Shown: piece by piece, positions 54,574 through 63,556 of the stretch | How the letters are laid out: each line of letters begins with the position of its first letter | Position numbering within the stretch: the first letter of the stretch is position 1 | Assembly: GCA_937952285.1 (NCBI GenBank) | Contig: CALFZE010000048.1 | Coordinates: 3,320 to 67,319, forward strand | Source: an uncultured Bacteriovoracaceae bacterium | Lineage (GTDB): Bacteria > Bdellovibrionota > UBA2428 | DNA length: 64,000 bases | Direction: 5' to 3' | Notes under the pieces: model-generated | Told to the model about the DNA's origin: nothing | What the model saw: the letters and a program-made list of their open reading frames with translations, nothing else | Database searches by the model: none | Made by a program: the position numbers and the translations under genes

Positions 54574-56862
54574 ATGGCGACATCCCCTCAGGAGCCCAAG
54601 ACTCTGGATTTGAACCGAATTCGTGAGTCGGTCAGAACCCGTTTCGAGCAATCGAAGCGGGTTTTGTCGTTTGAAGAGTACCTGGGCCTCCTGGCCTCGG
54701 ACCCTTTCCGTTATCTGCGAGGGGGGCCGCACTACCTCCTCGACGCCATCCAGCACTTTGGGATCGACGAGGTCCCCGTCCGCGGCGTTACGCGCAAGCG
54801 CTACCGTATCTTCGAGAAAAGCTTCGCCGAGAACCACCAGCCCGTGGTCTCGCACGAAAACGTCCAGCACGAGCTCGTGCGCTTGCTCACGAGCTTCGTA
54901 CGGAGCGGTCGGGCCGACAAGCTGATCGTTCTCCACGGCCCCAACGGCTCGGCTAAGTCGACTTTCGTGCGTTCCCTGCTCGCGGGACTCGAGGATTACT
55001 CGAAGGCCAACGAAGGCGCGCTCTTCTCGTTCTCGTGGGTCTTTCCCCAAGATAGTTTCGAGAAGGCCACGCTCGGCCTCGGGGCGCGGAAGGCCACCAT
55101 CGGCGGCGAGACGGACTCCTTCGCCGCCCTCGATCACGAGAAAGTCGCCGCGGTCGTCCGCAGCGAGCTGCGTGAGAATCCGCTCGCGCTCATCCCCCAC
55201 GAAGATCGCATGATGCTTTTCGACGAGTGGCTGCACGCGATTCCCGCGGGAGCCGAGCGCGATCGATTGGCGGCCCTGCGGCCCACGGTTTCCAAGCTCG
55301 AGCTTAGCCACAAGAACGCCATCATTTTCGAAGCGCTCCTGAACGACTGCAAGGGTGACCTCAAACGCGTTTTCCGCCACGTCCGCGTCGAGCGCTTCTA
55401 TCTGAGCCGTCGTTTCCGCACGGGCCTCGTCACGGTCGAACCCCAGTTCGGCGTCGACGCTCAGCTTCGCCAGGTCACGCTGGACCGGTCGATGTCGCTC
55501 CTGCCGCCGGCGCTCCAGTCCCTGAATCTCTTCCAGCTCGAAGGCGACCTCGTCGACGGTAACCGCGGGGTCGTCGAGTTCAACGACTTGCTCAAGCGTC
55601 CGCTCGAATCCTTCAAGTATCTGCTCGGTACTTCGGAGACGGGCACGGTGACGCTCGGCCACGTCATGGCATATCTCGACACCGTCTTCATCGCGACGAC
55701 GAACGACCGCCAGCTCGAGGCCTTCCGGGAGCATCCCGAGTTCAACAGCTTCAAGGCTCGCATCGAGCTCATCAAGGTGCCTTATCTCCTGCGTTACTCG
55801 GAGGAGGCCAAGGTCTACGGGGAGACGGCGCGCCGGGCGGCCGGTCCCAAGGAGCTCATGCCGCACACGACTTCGCTGCTCGCGCTTTGGGCGGTGATGA
55901 CCCGCCTCAAACGGCCGAACGCCAAGAACAAGAGTTCGATGCTCGCCGGTGTCCTTGAGAACCTCGGGCCTTTGGCGAAGGCCAAGCTTTACGACTCGGC
56001 CGATATACCGGAGAACCTCAACGACGAAGAGCGCCGCGAGCTCAAGTCCGCGCTCGAAGACCTGATCCTCGAGCAGCAGAACCAGCCCTTCTACGAAGGT
56101 TACCTGGGCGCCTCGGCGCGCGAGCTCAAGGTCGTCCTGCAGATGGCCGCGCAGAACGATCAGTTCCCGACCCTCGGGCCGGGCGCGGTCTTCGCCGAGC
56201 TCGACAAACTCATCCGCCGCCCGCTCGATTTCGAGTACCTGCGCATCGAGCCCAATCAGGGCTACCACGACTACGAAGGAATGCTGAAACTCGTGCGCCA
56301 GGAATGGCTGAACCTCGTGGATCGCGAGATGGAAGCCTGCCTCGAGCTCGACCGCAAGGACCAGATCAACGAGTCGCTCGAGAGGTACGTCCGCAACGTC
56401 ATGGCGAACGTGCGCAAGGAAAAGGTCAAGAACCGTATCACGGGCCAGTTCGAGGAAGTCGACGAGAGCCTGATGACCGAGTTCGAGAATTTCATTTCCG
56501 TCACGGACAACCGCGAAGACTACCGTCGCAACCTCATCTCGCGCCTCGGCGCGTGGAGCATCGAAAACCCCGGTCGCGCGGCCGGCGGCCAAGCGCTTCC
56601 TTACGACAAGATCTTCACCGATATCGTGAAGCGGCTGCGCGCCAAATTCCACGAACAGCACGTCGCGAAGATCCGCACGATGGGGGCCCTCTTCGTCGAG
56701 ACGGCCGGCTTCGACGTCGAGGCGCTCAAGAAGCGCCCCTCGACCAACGAAGCCGAGGGCCTCGCGATCCGCGTCTTCGAGGGCATGCAGGCGAAGTTCG
56801 GATACGGCCCGGCGGGCGCGAAGGAAGCGCTGACCGAGCTCATCCGTTCGCGTTACCACTGA
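54574..56862 (+). CDS. prkA: PrkA-family serine protein kinase (YeaG homologue)
   Basis: N-terminal PrkA AAA-like domain with Walker A LHGPNGSAKSTFVRSL. Long C-terminal PrkA domain. 762 aa. Confidence 0.8.
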   Translation: MATSPQEPKTLDLNRIRESVRTRFEQSKRVLSFEEYLGLLASDPFRYLRGGPHYLLDAIQHFGIDEVPVRGVTRKRYRIFEKSFAENHQPVVSHENVQHELVRLLTSFVRSGRADKLIVLHGPNGSAKSTFVRSLLAGLEDYSKANEGALFSFSWVFPQDSFEKATLGLGARKATIGGETDSFAALDHEKVAAVVRSELRENPLALIPHEDRMMLFDEWLHAIPAGAERDRLAALRPTVSKLELSHKNAIIFEALLNDCKGDLKRVFRHVRVERFYLSRRFRTGLVTVEPQFGVDAQLRQVTLDRSMSLLPPALQSLNLFQLEGDLVDGNRGVVEFNDLLKRPLESFKYLLGTSETGTVTLGHVMAYLDTVFIATTNDRQLEAFREHPEFNSFKARIELIKVPYLLRYSEEAKVYGETARRAAGPKELMPHTTSLLALWAVMTRLKRPNAKNKSSMLAGVLENLGPLAKAKLYDSADIPENLNDEERRELKSALEDLILEQQNQPFYEGYLGASARELKVVLQMAAQNDQFPTLGPGAVFAELDKLIRRPLDFEYLRIEPNQGYHDYEGMLKLVRQEWLNLVDREMEACLELDRKDQINESLERYVRNVMANVRKEKVKNRITGQFEEVDESLMTEFENFISVTDNREDYRRNLISRLGAWSIENPGRAAGGQALPYDKIFTDIVKRLRAKFHEQHVAKIRTMGALFVETAGFDVEALKKRPSTNEAEGLAIRVFEGMQAKFGYGPAGAKEALTELIRSRYH

Positions 56863-56867
56863 GCGCG

Positions 56868-57641
56868 ATGCGTACCGGCGCCGATCGATCGGCCCGCCTC
56901 GGCGGGCTTTACGTCGTCCATCAGAACGTGCCGGGCAAGCGCACGCGCGATCTTTCGTTCCCGGAGCCGATCCTCTTCTTTCCATTGCGCGGAGAGATCG
57001 AAGTGACCACCGCGACGGGCGTCCACAAGCTGGGACCGGGACGCATGCTTTTTCTGCCCGGCGGCGTCGTTCACTCCCTGCGTTCGTCCGAGGCCGAAGG
57101 CGAGCGGCTCATCGCGCTGATGGATCCCAAACTCTGGCGTCCGTACGCGAAGCTCGCGCGCGAAGCGACTTACCTCGCCTTGAGTCCTCTCTTGCGGGAG
57201 CTCCTTTTTCACCTGCTCTTGGAACCCGAGGCTGCGCTTCGCACCACGCTCGTGAGGGCTTTCGCCGGCACGCTCGCCGAGTCGCTCGCGCGGGCGCATT
57301 CGGGCGGCGATATCGAGGCCGTGGGCGCGCGGGCCGCCGACGGCCGTTTGAGAAAGGCCATTGCCTTTCTCGCCGAGCGCTTCGCCGACGAAGCCCCGCT
57401 CGAAGGCGCGGCCAAGCGGGCGGGGCTCTCGCCACGCTCTTTCCATCGCTTGTCGGTTACGGAACTAGGTCTGGCCCCGAAAGAGCTGCTCATCCGTTTT
57501 CGCGTCGCCAAGGCGCGCGAAATGCTCGCCACGGGAGCCTCGGTGACGGACGTGGCTTTCGCGGTCGGCTACCGCTCGCTCAGCGCCTTCATTGCCGCCT
57601 TCCGCTCCCGCACCGGGCATCTGCCGTCGGCCCGGTCTTAA
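56868..57641 (+). CDS. AraC-family transcriptional regulator (cupin-like N-terminus plus AraC HTH)
   Basis: Start at the internal ATG 5 nt after the prkA stop. C-terminal HTH_AraC signature (AAKRAGLSPRSFHRLSVTELGLAPKELLIRFRVAKAREML...VTDVAFAVGYRSLSAFIAAFRSRTG). Confidence 0.65.
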   Translation: MRTGADRSARLGGLYVVHQNVPGKRTRDLSFPEPILFFPLRGEIEVTTATGVHKLGPGRMLFLPGGVVHSLRSSEAEGERLIALMDPKLWRPYAKLAREATYLALSPLLRELLFHLLLEPEAALRTTLVRAFAGTLAESLARAHSGGDIEAVGARAADGRLRKAIAFLAERFADEAPLEGAAKRAGLSPRSFHRLSVTELGLAPKELLIRFRVAKAREMLATGASVTDVAFAVGYRSLSAFIAAFRSRTGHLPSARS

Positions 57642-57776
57642 CTAAGGCACGAAATACGGCCGCGTCGCGGATTGGCCGAAAACCGAAAATCTCCGGCGGC
57701 CGGCCGAAAGCGCGGACCGCGCGAAATCGCTACATTGGGCCCCACGAAACGTCCCTCACAAAAAGGAGTTCCCCCC

Positions 57777-58175
57777 ATGTCTAAGCCCCTCACGCCCCTC
57801 GCCACCGTCGAAGCCTACTTCGCAAGCCTCGCCACGGGCGACTTCGCTCGCCTTGGCTCGCTCTTGGCCGACGATATCGTTTGGCATCAGCCCGGGCAGG
57901 GCGCCCTCTCGAAAAGCTACCGCGGAAAGGACGAGGTTTTCGCGCTCTTCGGCAAGTTCATGGAGATCAGCGGCGGCACCTTCAAGATCCACGCCGTCGA
58001 TTCGGTGATGGCTAACCGCGATGTCGTCGCCGCGACGCTCGCTTTCTCGGCTTCGAATGCGCGCGGCCAGATCTCGATGAAGGGCGTCGACGTCATGCGC
58101 GTCGAGAACGGCCTCATCAAGGAAGTCCATCTCTTCTCGTCGGACCAAGCGGCGGAAGACGCCTTCTGGGTCTAA
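57777..58175 (+). CDS. SnoaL-like / NTF2-like fold protein
   Basis: AAAGGAG RBS 8 nt upstream. 132 aa with the ATVEAYFASLATGDFARLGSLLADDIVWHQPG pattern typical of SnoaL-like polyketide cyclase / ketosteroid isomerase-like proteins. Confidence 0.55.
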   Translation: MSKPLTPLATVEAYFASLATGDFARLGSLLADDIVWHQPGQGALSKSYRGKDEVFALFGKFMEISGGTFKIHAVDSVMANRDVVAATLAFSASNARGQISMKGVDVMRVENGLIKEVHLFSSDQAAEDAFWV

Positions 58176-58179
58176 GGAT

Positions 58180-58953
58180 CTAGAAGTCCCCGCGCAAACC
58201 GAAGACGAGTTTGTGGATCCAAGCGAAGTTGAAGACTTCGTCGTTGTTCGCGCCGCCTTCGATCGTTCGGTAACCGCCGAAGACGCTGAAGGCGTGGGCC
58301 GCGCCGAAGTAAGCCAAACGTCGCTCGAGAAAGAGCGCACCATCGAAGGCGCGGCCTTGGGGCGCCATGAGCCCATCCAAGTCGAAGCGGAAAGTCCAGT
58401 CCTCGGCGAATTCGTTGGCCGCCTGGAAGTTGAGCAGGGGCACGAAGCCGAGATTTTTCTTGCTCGCCTCGAGGGGGCCTTGGCGAAGCCGGATCTCGGC
58501 ATCGCGGATCTTGGCGGTGAAGCCGAACGCGAAACGCCAATCGCCCACGGGATCGAGGTGATACGCGTAGGTCAGCCGATAGGAATTGAAACGGTAGAAG
58601 GCTTGGGTGTCCGCGCCGGTGGCGAAGCTCGATCCCGCGAAGTCAACGGGCTCGGCCAAGCGGCCGTCGACTTCGACGCCGAACGGAGCGTAGAGCGCAC
58701 GCAGCTCGTGGCGTTCCGCGATCTTGTAACCGAGGTAAACGCGGTAATCCGCGGCCGGTCCTTTCGCGAGATCGGCGATCGAGAAGCGCGTCCCGCCCGC
58801 CCCCGGGATACGCGCTTCGTTTCGGCTTTGCCAGGCGAGCGATCCTTCCACGGCGAGTAACATGTCCGCCGAAGCGCGCCCGGACCAGGCGATCGCTAAG
58901 GCCATCGGAAGCCAGAGGCTCAGGGTCGTGCGCCGGATTCTCATGGCGCTCAC
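58180..58953 (-). CDS. Outer-membrane beta-barrel protein (hypothetical)
   Basis: Signal peptide. Alternating amphipathic strands rich in Y/F/G. C-terminal ...FGLRGDF ends with an aromatic residue, as in OMP beta-signals. Confidence 0.45.
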   Translation of the reverse strand: MSAMRIRRTTLSLWLPMALAIAWSGRASADMLLAVEGSLAWQSRNEARIPGAGGTRFSIADLAKGPAADYRVYLGYKIAERHELRALYAPFGVEVDGRLAEPVDFAGSSFATGADTQAFYRFNSYRLTYAYHLDPVGDWRFAFGFTAKIRDAEIRLRQGPLEASKKNLGFVPLLNFQAANEFAEDWTFRFDLDGLMAPQGRAFDGALFLERRLAYFGAAHAFSVFGGYRTIEGGANNDEVFNFAWIHKLVFGLRGDF

Positions 58954-58960
58954 CCTATCC

Positions 58961-60205
58961 TTAAGCGAGCATCGAAGCGATCGCGGACGCGAGCCGGCGG
59001 GCCAACGTTTCTTTCGTCGCTTCGCCCAGGTCCTTCGTCTCGCCGGACTTGGAAAGAAACCACAGGCGATTGCGTTCGCCGCCAGGACCTGCGCCCGCGC
59101 GCGCGGGATTGGCCACGATGGCGTCGGCGCCCTTACGGGCGAGCTTCGCCTGGGCTTTGGCGACGACTTCGGCGTCGTCCCCCGCCTCGAGGGCGAACGC
59201 GACGACCTTCTGCCCCGGGCGCCGCTCGGCCACGGCCCGGGCGACGAAGTCGATCGACGCCTTCGCGGCGAGCTCGATTTTTCCGTTCGCGGCCAAAGCC
59301 TCGCGGCTGATCTTGGCGTCGGTGCCTTGCACTTCGAAGTCCAGCACCGCGGCGGCGGACACGAAGACGTCGCAATCCCGAAAAGCTTGGGCGACGGCCG
59401 CGTCGTAATCCGCCAGGGTGACGTACGGGGTCACCGGAAAGTCGGCGAAGCCGCGGGCGATCTCTTCCCCGACGGGGCCCAAAATCACGCTCACGAGCGC
59501 GCCGGCTTCGCGCAGGGCGCGCGCGAGCTCGAGCCCCATGCGGCCGGACGAGCGGTTCTGGACGTAGCGAACGGCGTCGAGCGAGGTCCGCATCGGGCCG
59601 GCCGACAGCAGGATCCGGCGGCCCCGCAAGGAACTCTCCGCGTTCGCGCCGGGATTCGGGTGATTTTGTTGGGGGGCACGGGAAAGCGAAGCGAACGACG
59701 CGAAAATCTCGGAGTGGGGAGCGATGTGGCCGTAGCCGCTCTCGCCGCAGGCGACCTTGCCCCAACTCGGGCCGACGAATTGATACCCGTAAGTCCGCAA
59801 TCGCTCGGCGTTTGCGCGTACCGCCGGATGCTCCCACATGGACGGATTCATGGCCGGCACGACGAAGACGGGCCCTCGGAAGGCGAGGATCTGCAAGCTC
59901 ATGAAGTCGTCCCCCCGGCCGGCGGCCAGTTTGGCGAGGGTTTCGGCCGTCGCGCCGTAGACGACGAAGGCCTCGGCCCAGCGGGCCGTCGAGATATGGT
60001 CCGTGCCTTCGTGCGAGGGGTGGAAGATGTCGGGATGGTGAACGCGTCGGCCGGCGAAAGTCTCCAGGACTCGCGCCGATACGAATTCGAGCGCCGAGCG
60101 AGTAGGGACGACTTCGACTTCGTGACCGGCCGCGACCAGCTCCTTCACGAAATCCGCGCTCCGGTAAGCGGCGATGCTCCCGGCGATGCCGACGCAAATC
60201 TTCAT
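58961..60205 (-). CDS. coaBC: Bifunctional phosphopantothenoylcysteine decarboxylase / phosphopantothenate--cysteine ligase
   Basis: N-terminal flavoprotein domain (KICVGIAGSIAAYRSADFVKEL...PAMNPSMWEH). C-terminal CoaB ligase domain (RYVQNRSSGRMG, DAIVANPA). Confidence 0.85.
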   Translation of the reverse strand: MKICVGIAGSIAAYRSADFVKELVAAGHEVEVVPTRSALEFVSARVLETFAGRRVHHPDIFHPSHEGTDHISTARWAEAFVVYGATAETLAKLAAGRGDDFMSLQILAFRGPVFVVPAMNPSMWEHPAVRANAERLRTYGYQFVGPSWGKVACGESGYGHIAPHSEIFASFASLSRAPQQNHPNPGANAESSLRGRRILLSAGPMRTSLDAVRYVQNRSSGRMGLELARALREAGALVSVILGPVGEEIARGFADFPVTPYVTLADYDAAVAQAFRDCDVFVSAAAVLDFEVQGTDAKISREALAANGKIELAAKASIDFVARAVAERRPGQKVVAFALEAGDDAEVVAKAQAKLARKGADAIVANPARAGAGPGGERNRLWFLSKSGETKDLGEATKETLARRLASAIASMLA

Positions 60206-60294
60206 GGGAATCTTTTAGCAGGGACGCCGTGTCCATCCCAAGGTCTTTCTCCGTGCGACTGGTCGCTTGCGCGGGCCTCGCCTAAACTCGCGCC

Positions 60295-61695
60295 ATGTCG
60301 ATGCAAGTAAAGTTCTTGGGCGCCGCCGGGACCGTCACGGGAAGCCGTACCCTGCTGACCCACGGTCGAAGTCGTGTCCTCGTGGACTGTGGACTTTTTC
60401 AGGGCACGAAAGAACTGCGTGCCTTGAACTGGGATCGCTTTCCCGTGGATCCCGCTTCCATCGATACGGTCGTGTTGACCCACGCCCATCTGGACCATTC
60501 GGGCTACTTGCCCAAGCTCGTCCGGGAGGGTTTTCGGGGAAATGTTTTCGCGACGGCCGGCACCCGGGACCTTTGTGAAGTCCTCCTGCGGGATTCGGCC
60601 CGCTTGCAGGCTGAAGACGCGGAGTACGCGAATCGTACCGGGCATTCTCGCCATAAACCGGCTTTACCGCTCTACGACGAGGGAGATGTCGAGGCTTGTC
60701 TCCGGCTCTTTCGCGTCGTTCCCCGGCAGGAATGGAAAGCCTTGGTGCCGGGGCTCGCGGTTCGTTTCGGTCGGGCCGGGCACATCACGGGCGCCAGTTT
60801 CCTCGAGTTTCAGGTCGAGGCGTCGCCTTCCCGGTACCGTGTCTTGGGGTTCAGCGGAGACGTTGGGCATTCCCGTTCTCGGGTTTTAAGGCCGCCGGAG
60901 GCGATGGAGGGGCCCGATACCCTCGTACTCGAGTCGACCTACGGCGACCGTCTTCATGCTCGCGACGATGTCGCCCAAAGCGTCGTTCCGATCATTCGGC
61001 GAGTTCTCGAGCGCGGAGGCACTCTCATGATTCCCAGCTTCGCCGTGGGGCGAACGCAGGAAATTCTTTTCCTTTTGGCGGAGCTCGAACGCCAAGGTCG
61101 GATTCCCGAGGTGCCCGTTATCCTTGATAGTCCCATGGCGCAGTCGGCGACGAAGATTTTCTTTCGGCATCCCGAAGACCACATTTTCGACCAAGCTTTC
61201 GGCCCCACGCGCGAAGAACTCTTTCCTCGTTTCTTCGAGGAATCGGCTTCGCGCGACGACTCCATGCTTGCGACGATGCGGGATGATCCCAAGATTATCG
61301 TGGCGGGAGCCGGAATGGTTACGGGAGGAAGGATTCTGCACCATCTCAAGCGTCGTCTGCCGGACCCTCGCCACGGGGTCCTCTTCGTGGGCTACCAGGC
61401 CGAGGGAAGCAAGGGTCGCTATCTTCTCGACCAGGGACGGGCGAACGGATCGATTCGTATCCATCACGCCGAGATTCCGATCGAGGCCGAGATCTTTCAG
61501 GTTTCGGGTCTTTCCGCGCACGGGGACTACGAAGACCTCATGGAATGGGTGAGCCGATTTCATCAACTCCCCAAGAAGGTGTATCTCAATCACGGTAGCC
61601 CAACGGCAATGGAGGCTTTCGCCGAGAAGCTTCGATCTCGCTTCCACGTCGAAGTACAAATCGCTCGGAACGGAGAAAGTTTTAGCTGGGCCTAG
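60295..61695 (+). CDS. MBL-fold beta-CASP family RNA-metabolising hydrolase
   Basis: Metallo-beta-lactamase motifs (LTHAHLDHSGYLP, DSPMA) and beta-CASP motifs with the C-terminal RNA-specificity region (GLSAHGDYEDL, HGSP). Confidence 0.7.
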   Translation: MSMQVKFLGAAGTVTGSRTLLTHGRSRVLVDCGLFQGTKELRALNWDRFPVDPASIDTVVLTHAHLDHSGYLPKLVREGFRGNVFATAGTRDLCEVLLRDSARLQAEDAEYANRTGHSRHKPALPLYDEGDVEACLRLFRVVPRQEWKALVPGLAVRFGRAGHITGASFLEFQVEASPSRYRVLGFSGDVGHSRSRVLRPPEAMEGPDTLVLESTYGDRLHARDDVAQSVVPIIRRVLERGGTLMIPSFAVGRTQEILFLLAELERQGRIPEVPVILDSPMAQSATKIFFRHPEDHIFDQAFGPTREELFPRFFEESASRDDSMLATMRDDPKIIVAGAGMVTGGRILHHLKRRLPDPRHGVLFVGYQAEGSKGRYLLDQGRANGSIRIHHAEIPIEAEIFQVSGLSAHGDYEDLMEWVSRFHQLPKKVYLNHGSPTAMEAFAEKLRSRFHVEVQIARNGESFSWA

Positions 61696-61747
61696 GGCTT
61701 GATCGGCCATCTTGACAGGACGCTCTGGGTCATAATGAAAAGGACCC

Positions 61748-62899
61748 ATGTTCAGGGTGGGAGTCCTTGCGTTCACGGCATTGTTGGCATCGTTCTCGTT
61801 CGCTCGTGCGATAAAGAGCGATTATCGGGAAGTTCGCGGTATTAAGTACCCCGAATTTGGCGAAAACGGCCGTCGCCCCGTTTACTCTCGAACGTTAAGT
61901 CCTCGTGACAGTTCCGAGCCCTTGCCGGGTTACAGCGAGCTCGTTGAGTATGTTTTGCCTTCGCCCAACCAGTTGGACGCAGGAAGCTGCCTCTACATGT
62001 CGCTCACCGGGATCGCCGAGTGGTGGCTGGCGCGTCGTTCGCCGCAGGTTTCGCGGGCTTCCGAAGGTCCCCTCGATCTGAGCGAACGCTTCCTCATGAA
62101 CCTGGCCGACCGAGCTTCTTCCAACAACAACGTCATCAAGAATTGGAAGACCGACTCGATTTTGGCCTTTAACAAAGGGGGCCGCGCGGCCCTGAACCGC
62201 GACTACCCCTTTACGATGGGTTGGTACAAGTCGGGCGAGAACGGCTACGAAAAGGCCGTCGCGAACAGCGCGGGCGCGGAGTACGGCCCTTCCTTCAATT
62301 GGATCGATGACTTGGATAGCTACCGAGGTATCGGGGTTCTTCTACCGCGTTTCCGCCGGGACGTGCTTTTTGCCGATCCCGAGTCCAACCAGTGGAACGT
62401 CGGCGTCATGCCGGCGAACATTGTGGAGACGGTCAAGGAAGCCCTTCGCCGGAACCAGGCCCCCGTCCACGTGCTCTACAACCATTACGGCTACTGGCAC
62501 GCGAACATCGTTTTGGGCTACGACGATGAGCTCAAACGAGAAGGTTGCCCCTTCGTGACCCGCTTCCGTGAGCAGCAGGCGAACGAAGCCAAAAAGCTTC
62601 GCCAAGAAGCCCAGCGCACCAACGATCCCAAACAACGCGAGACCCTTTTGGCCCGCGCGACGAAATTCGAAGGAACCGTGCGAAAGTTCGATGCTTCGTG
62701 GCGAGCCCGCGGCGGCTGCCGGGGCCAAGGCGCGTTTTACGTTCGGGACTCGATTTACGACGACCCTAATGCCCCGGCTTATGACTACGACCGCCTTAAG
62801 AAGGGCGAGGAAGAGCCTTATTCCAAGCGCATCGTCATGCTGGAGTACGAGTGGCTCCAGCACATGGCGAACCACGCTATCCAGATCCTAATCCAATAG
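61748..62899 (+). CDS. Secreted papain-like (C1-family-like) cysteine peptidase, putative
   Basis: Signal peptide. QLDAGSCLYMS...EWW resembles the papain Q...C-W active-site block. HANIVLGYDD resembles the GGHAV..GYG His block. Family assignment is tentative. Confidence 0.4.
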   Translation: MFRVGVLAFTALLASFSFARAIKSDYREVRGIKYPEFGENGRRPVYSRTLSPRDSSEPLPGYSELVEYVLPSPNQLDAGSCLYMSLTGIAEWWLARRSPQVSRASEGPLDLSERFLMNLADRASSNNNVIKNWKTDSILAFNKGGRAALNRDYPFTMGWYKSGENGYEKAVANSAGAEYGPSFNWIDDLDSYRGIGVLLPRFRRDVLFADPESNQWNVGVMPANIVETVKEALRRNQAPVHVLYNHYGYWHANIVLGYDDELKREGCPFVTRFREQQANEAKKLRQEAQRTNDPKQRETLLARATKFEGTVRKFDASWRARGGCRGQGAFYVRDSIYDDPNAPAYDYDRLKKGEEEPYSKRIVMLEYEWLQHMANHAIQILIQ

Positions 62900-62940
62900 A
62901 GTAGAGTCCTAAAAGCTGAGCTTTGCTCGGTAAAAGTTTT

Positions 62941-62958
62941 CCTTATGTTTGCATAAGG
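62941..62958 (+). promoter_or_regulatory. Perfect 7-bp inverted repeat (ccttatg-tttg-cataagg) overlapping the RBS region of the repeat-tailed ORF; candidate operator or RNA hairpin
   Basis: Seen directly. Located about 25 nt upstream of the GTG start at 62983, within an AT-rich intergenic segment. Confidence 0.3.
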
Positions 62959-62982
62959 GAGGCTTACCTTTGAGGATGAACT

Positions 62983-63387
62983 GTGAATAACTTTTTAAGA
63001 ATTATGGCTCTCGACGAGCTTAAGACGCGTAGCGTTGTGTTTGTAAATGCTCGTCAAGAGGCAGGAATTAACGAAATCTACGATCCCGACGCCGGATCTT
63101 TCATGTTTCAAGTTTTTATCCACAACCAGTTTCCCTACACCGAAGAAGGGGCTTGGCTCTTCCCGACCTTTGCCGAAGCCCGAAGCTTCGCGGCCCAAAC
63201 TTTTCAGGGAGAATGGGAAATGCTCCTTTGGGATAAGGACATCAAACGTCCTTGTTCGGAGGGAGGCGGCGGTTGCGGGAGCGGCGGAAGCTGCGGTACC
63301 GGCGGTGGTTGCGGTAGTAGCGGTGGAGGCTGCGGCTCGAGCGGTGGTGGTTGCGGCAGCGAAGGCGGAGGCTGCGGCTCGGCCTAG
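62983..63387 (+). CDS. Small protein with AT-rich-encoded N-terminal domain and C-terminal (GGGCGS)x6 Cys/Gly/Ser repeat tail (hypothetical; RiPP-precursor-like or metal-binding)
   Basis: GTG start with GAGGA 6 nt upstream (ATG at 63004 is the alternative). 5' 270 nt is markedly AT-rich versus the window. 3' 110 nt encodes CGSGGSCGTGGGCGSSGGGCGSSGGGCGSEGGGCGSA. Confidence 0.5.
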   Translation: MNNFLRIMALDELKTRSVVFVNARQEAGINEIYDPDAGSFMFQVFIHNQFPYTEEGAWLFPTFAEARSFAAQTFQGEWEMLLWDKDIKRPCSEGGGGCGSGGSCGTGGGCGSSGGGCGSSGGGCGSEGGGCGSA

Positions 63388-63556
63388 TCCAGAATCCCGG
63401 AAGTCGGAAAACCGGATTTTCCTCGTTCGCGAACTTCATTCAAAAATCGCTCCACGTGCCTGGCATCTTTTTCGCTCGGCATGCGCTTTCGCTCTTTCTC
63501 CCAAGAAGTCCTCTCGGCATGGCCCTTGCGTTTCGGAACGCGGGGACCGGCAGAAA

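Noticed and set aside
62983-63387. Calling a complete TOMM/LAP biosynthetic cluster
   Set aside because: No YcaO, dehydrogenase or exporter gene is visible in the remaining 600 nt. Only the precursor-like ORF itself can be reported, so it is kept as a hypothesis rather than a feature call.
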